From a virus, in IMG/VR virus record IMGVR_UViG_3300047089_000307, positions 94,652-158,651 of that record: a stretch of 64,000 bases of DNA; one strand, given 5' to 3'. The notes under the pieces were generated by a model, which searched no databases, was not told where the DNA came from, and worked only from the letters and a program-made list of their open reading frames with translations. This document shows positions 61,599-64,000 of this stretch, piece after piece. How positions within the stretch are numbered: the first letter of the stretch is position 1; every line of letters begins with the position of its first letter. A program made the position numbers and the translations under genes.

Positions 61599-62437
61599 GC
61601 GTCCTGGATTCCTCCTTTCCTGCTCAGTACCGGGCTGAATGCCCGTGAGCGCACGCGGGGGATTCCCGCGTGCGCTCATGGGGAGTCAGTTCCTGCGAAT
61701 TTCAGACGTGAACGGCCATCGTGGTGATGACCACGGATAGCGCGAAGAACGGACTGAATGCCAGCGCGTAGCAAACAGGCGAGAAAATCTCGGCCACGAT
61801 GCCCCGGATGTTACTCCGGTAGGCGCGCCGGAAAAGCGGGTACGTGACTGCCGTGATCGCCAGCGTTGCGTAGAGAGTATCAGCGGGTATCATGGTGAGC
61901 ATGGCGAAATCTTCTCTCCCTCTTGGGTGGCATGGGCTAGGTACGGTCACCCATGCCGGACTGAGCTACGCTACTGAGGTACCCGTAGCCGTGAAACGTG
62001 GAATTCCCCGTGTTCCTGGTGTACGCATTTTCAGCGTTGTGCTTGATCCGGATAAGGACCAGGAACACGGGGAATCGCGGCACTGGCGAGAGTCGGACTC
62101 GCACGCTAGCTGCGGACGCTAGCGCTCACCGTGAGCGATGCCGGATAGGAGGGACAGTTACAACGGGAGTTGCTTGCTGCCGTAGCAGTAACGGCCGTCT
62201 TGATTCTTGTGAACGTGGAGCTTGCCCTTAACGCCGAGTGCCAGGATCTTTCCGCATCGCTGGCACTTACCGCGCGTGATACCGCTAGGGGTTGGCTTGT
62301 ATGCCCTGGTTGCCATTGTCCTGTCCTCCTGCTGTGTCCTGCCTCACCGTTGCCGGCTAGGTAGCACGCGGGACGATTGCCCCGAATGCTGCCTAGCCGG
62401 CCGGCCGCGCGTGTCGCGTGGCCGGCCGGCTGCGCTG

Positions 62438-63070
62438 CTAGTTGCGGTTGAGGATTTGCTGACCGCGCGACGTGCGCCGGCGCGCCGGCTGCGGAGTACC
62501 TTGCGTCACGGTGACCTCACCGTTGGCGTTCTCCGCTGCCGGCTTCTTCACGGTCAGCCGGAAGTGGATGTCATGCCCGACATTCCACGTGGGGTCAACC
62601 TTGTTGTCCGGAATCCACTTGACGGGAACCACGGTTCCGTTCTTCTCCGTGATCGTTCCGGCCACGGGAGCGTTAGTCTCGGGGTCGGTTTCCGTAACGC
62701 GGAAACTCGCGTCCTTGTCCGCATCCTTGCGCGTCCAGTGCGCCGGCGCGTGCTTGGGAAGGTAGGGGTTGAGGTTGTGGAGCTCGGCATACGCGCGGAT
62801 GTAATTGCGGAAGTCTTCCGCATCCTGCTCTGTCGCGTCCGCCTTACGGGCCCTCAGGTCAAGATGGATCTTGTAAGTGCTTTCCATCGTGGCCAGGATT
62901 CCGGGCACCTCCGCCAGAGCGGCGGCAACGTCCGGCGGAATGGTGACCGTGGTCTTCTTGACCAGGGTGACCGCACCGAACGCACTCAGCGCGAAGAAGC
63001 CGCTGGGACTCGGGTTAGCCGGCGCGCTGGTCTCGGAGGGATTGGTCGTGGTGTCAGTGGTGCCAGGCAT
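62438..63070 (-). CDS. hypothetical protein
   Basis: 210-aa ORF with AAAGGG RBS. Confidence 0.65.
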   Translation of the reverse strand: MPGTTDTTTNPSETSAPANPSPSGFFALSAFGAVTLVKKTTVTIPPDVAAALAEVPGILATMESTYKIHLDLRARKADATEQDAEDFRNYIRAYAELHNLNPYLPKHAPAHWTRKDADKDASFRVTETDPETNAPVAGTITEKNGTVVPVKWIPDNKVDPTWNVGHDIHFRLTVKKPAAENANGEVTVTQGTPQPARRRTSRGQQILNRN

Positions 63071-63329
63071 GGTGTGCCCTTTCTAGTGTTCCGGGGCCCT
63101 CTGGCGGGCCCTCCTGCCCGGGCCCGCTGCGGGCCCGCGCGCGGGCCCGATTTCTCTTGCCCACTGCTCTCAGAATACGCTAGTGTCGGGGAATACGCCA
63201 ATGTCCAGGTCAGGACCATAATTCGAACGGTGTTCGAATGCCTCGGAACTAGGACAAAACGGACTCTGGTCACAGGAGTAACAGGACAACAGCAACATGA
63301 GTCACATCAGTCGCAAGAGGCATCCCGAG

Positions 63330-64000
63330 TTACATAGTTAGGCGAGGTAACGACTAATATGGTAACAGCATGGCTGCAAGACGGTAACGGGATGGTAACG
63401 AGATCTCGGCCGCCCCCGCCACTCTCGATTATCCATGGCTATAGTCATGCATGGTCGACCCTAAGAACTGCCGGCCTGTTGTCAATCGAGCCCCACTGTC
63501 GGCGAGACCAGGTCGGCCTGCCTGTTGCGCTAGCTGGCCGGCTGCCGAGCACGGCCACGTGTGCTAGCCATAGTGCTAGCATGAGCAAGCATAGCCTCTG
63601 ACCTGCGACGATGTGATCGTTAGTTACCGTTGCTAACGGTGTACCGATCGGTCCATGCTAGCCCACGTGCTAGCATGAGCAAGCAAAGTCATGTCGTTAG
63701 CCATGTTAACGACCCAGCTACGACAGTGATCGCCATGCCACGTACATACTCGACTACACGACACACCACGCTAAGCTACGTCACCACCCGTCCACTGTCC
63801 CATACCATCGATCAGTCACATACAGTCACAACGATGGTCACCACCACATGACCATGTACCACCCTACGCTACAGTGGTCGACTACATGTGTGCCATGGTC
63901 ACCATACCATGACCATGGTCGACTACACGATGATGGTCGACGATAGTGAACGAGGGTAGTCGACCATGGTCGTACTTTTTGCGTACAAGTGTTCGAGGAC
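63330..64000. repeat. lower-GC non-coding region with short degenerate repeats (possible genome end or terminal repeat)
   Basis: Recurring ACCATG, ATGGTC, GTCGAC and GCTAGC; duplicated gtgctagcatgagcaagca. Confidence 0.5.

Larger units (their letters stand above)
38660..61689 (-). repeat. dispersed intergenic stem-loop family A (13 copies, ~55-70 bp)
   Basis: CTGAC...GTCAG-bounded palindromes at 38660-38725, 44838-44902, 46420-46482, 48538-48603, 49637-49703, 51852-51918, 52795-52858, 53965-54030, 56862-56928, 57894-57960, 58879-58947, 59591-59656, 61635-61689. Confidence 0.85.

Noticed and set aside
1-64000. tRNA genes, integrase/att sites, IS elements, virion structural genes
   Set aside because: None recognised by eye; the stem-loop families lack tRNA T-loop/D-loop consensus. 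tRNAscan and HMM searches would be needed to exclude them

Overview
High-GC (~70%) segment of what is most likely a large actinobacterial phage genome. No capsid, terminase or integrase was recognised. The left part (1-34 kb, mostly + strand) carries many small translationally coupled ORFs, a C5 methyltransferase, a RuvC-like resolvase and a family of ~17 proteins sharing a C-terminal ARxLTLxEM motif. It also has a captured prolyl-tRNA synthetase, a 1562-aa primase-helicase-PolA fusion with iteron-like repeats in its linker, a DUF1906 endolysin and an HNH nuclease. After a bidirectional terminator (~34.2 kb), a ~29 kb minus-strand accessory arm follows (Ku, HNHs, GMC oxidoreductase, muconolactone-isomerase-like, PRTase, SprT), punctuated by ~17 conserved intergenic stem-loops. 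The standout is a minus-strand locus at 18.1-20.9 kb: a stand-alone Cas7/RAMP-like gene, a coupled partner gene and a 1.6-kb non-coding array of GGY-NN pentamers organised by GGCA separators and a 38-nt repeat. Two orphan GGY-NN units with candidate promoters lie at 46.5 and 50.3 kb. This looks like a non-CRISPR, RNA-guided (VIPR-type) system. All family calls come from motif recognition by eye; no searches were run.
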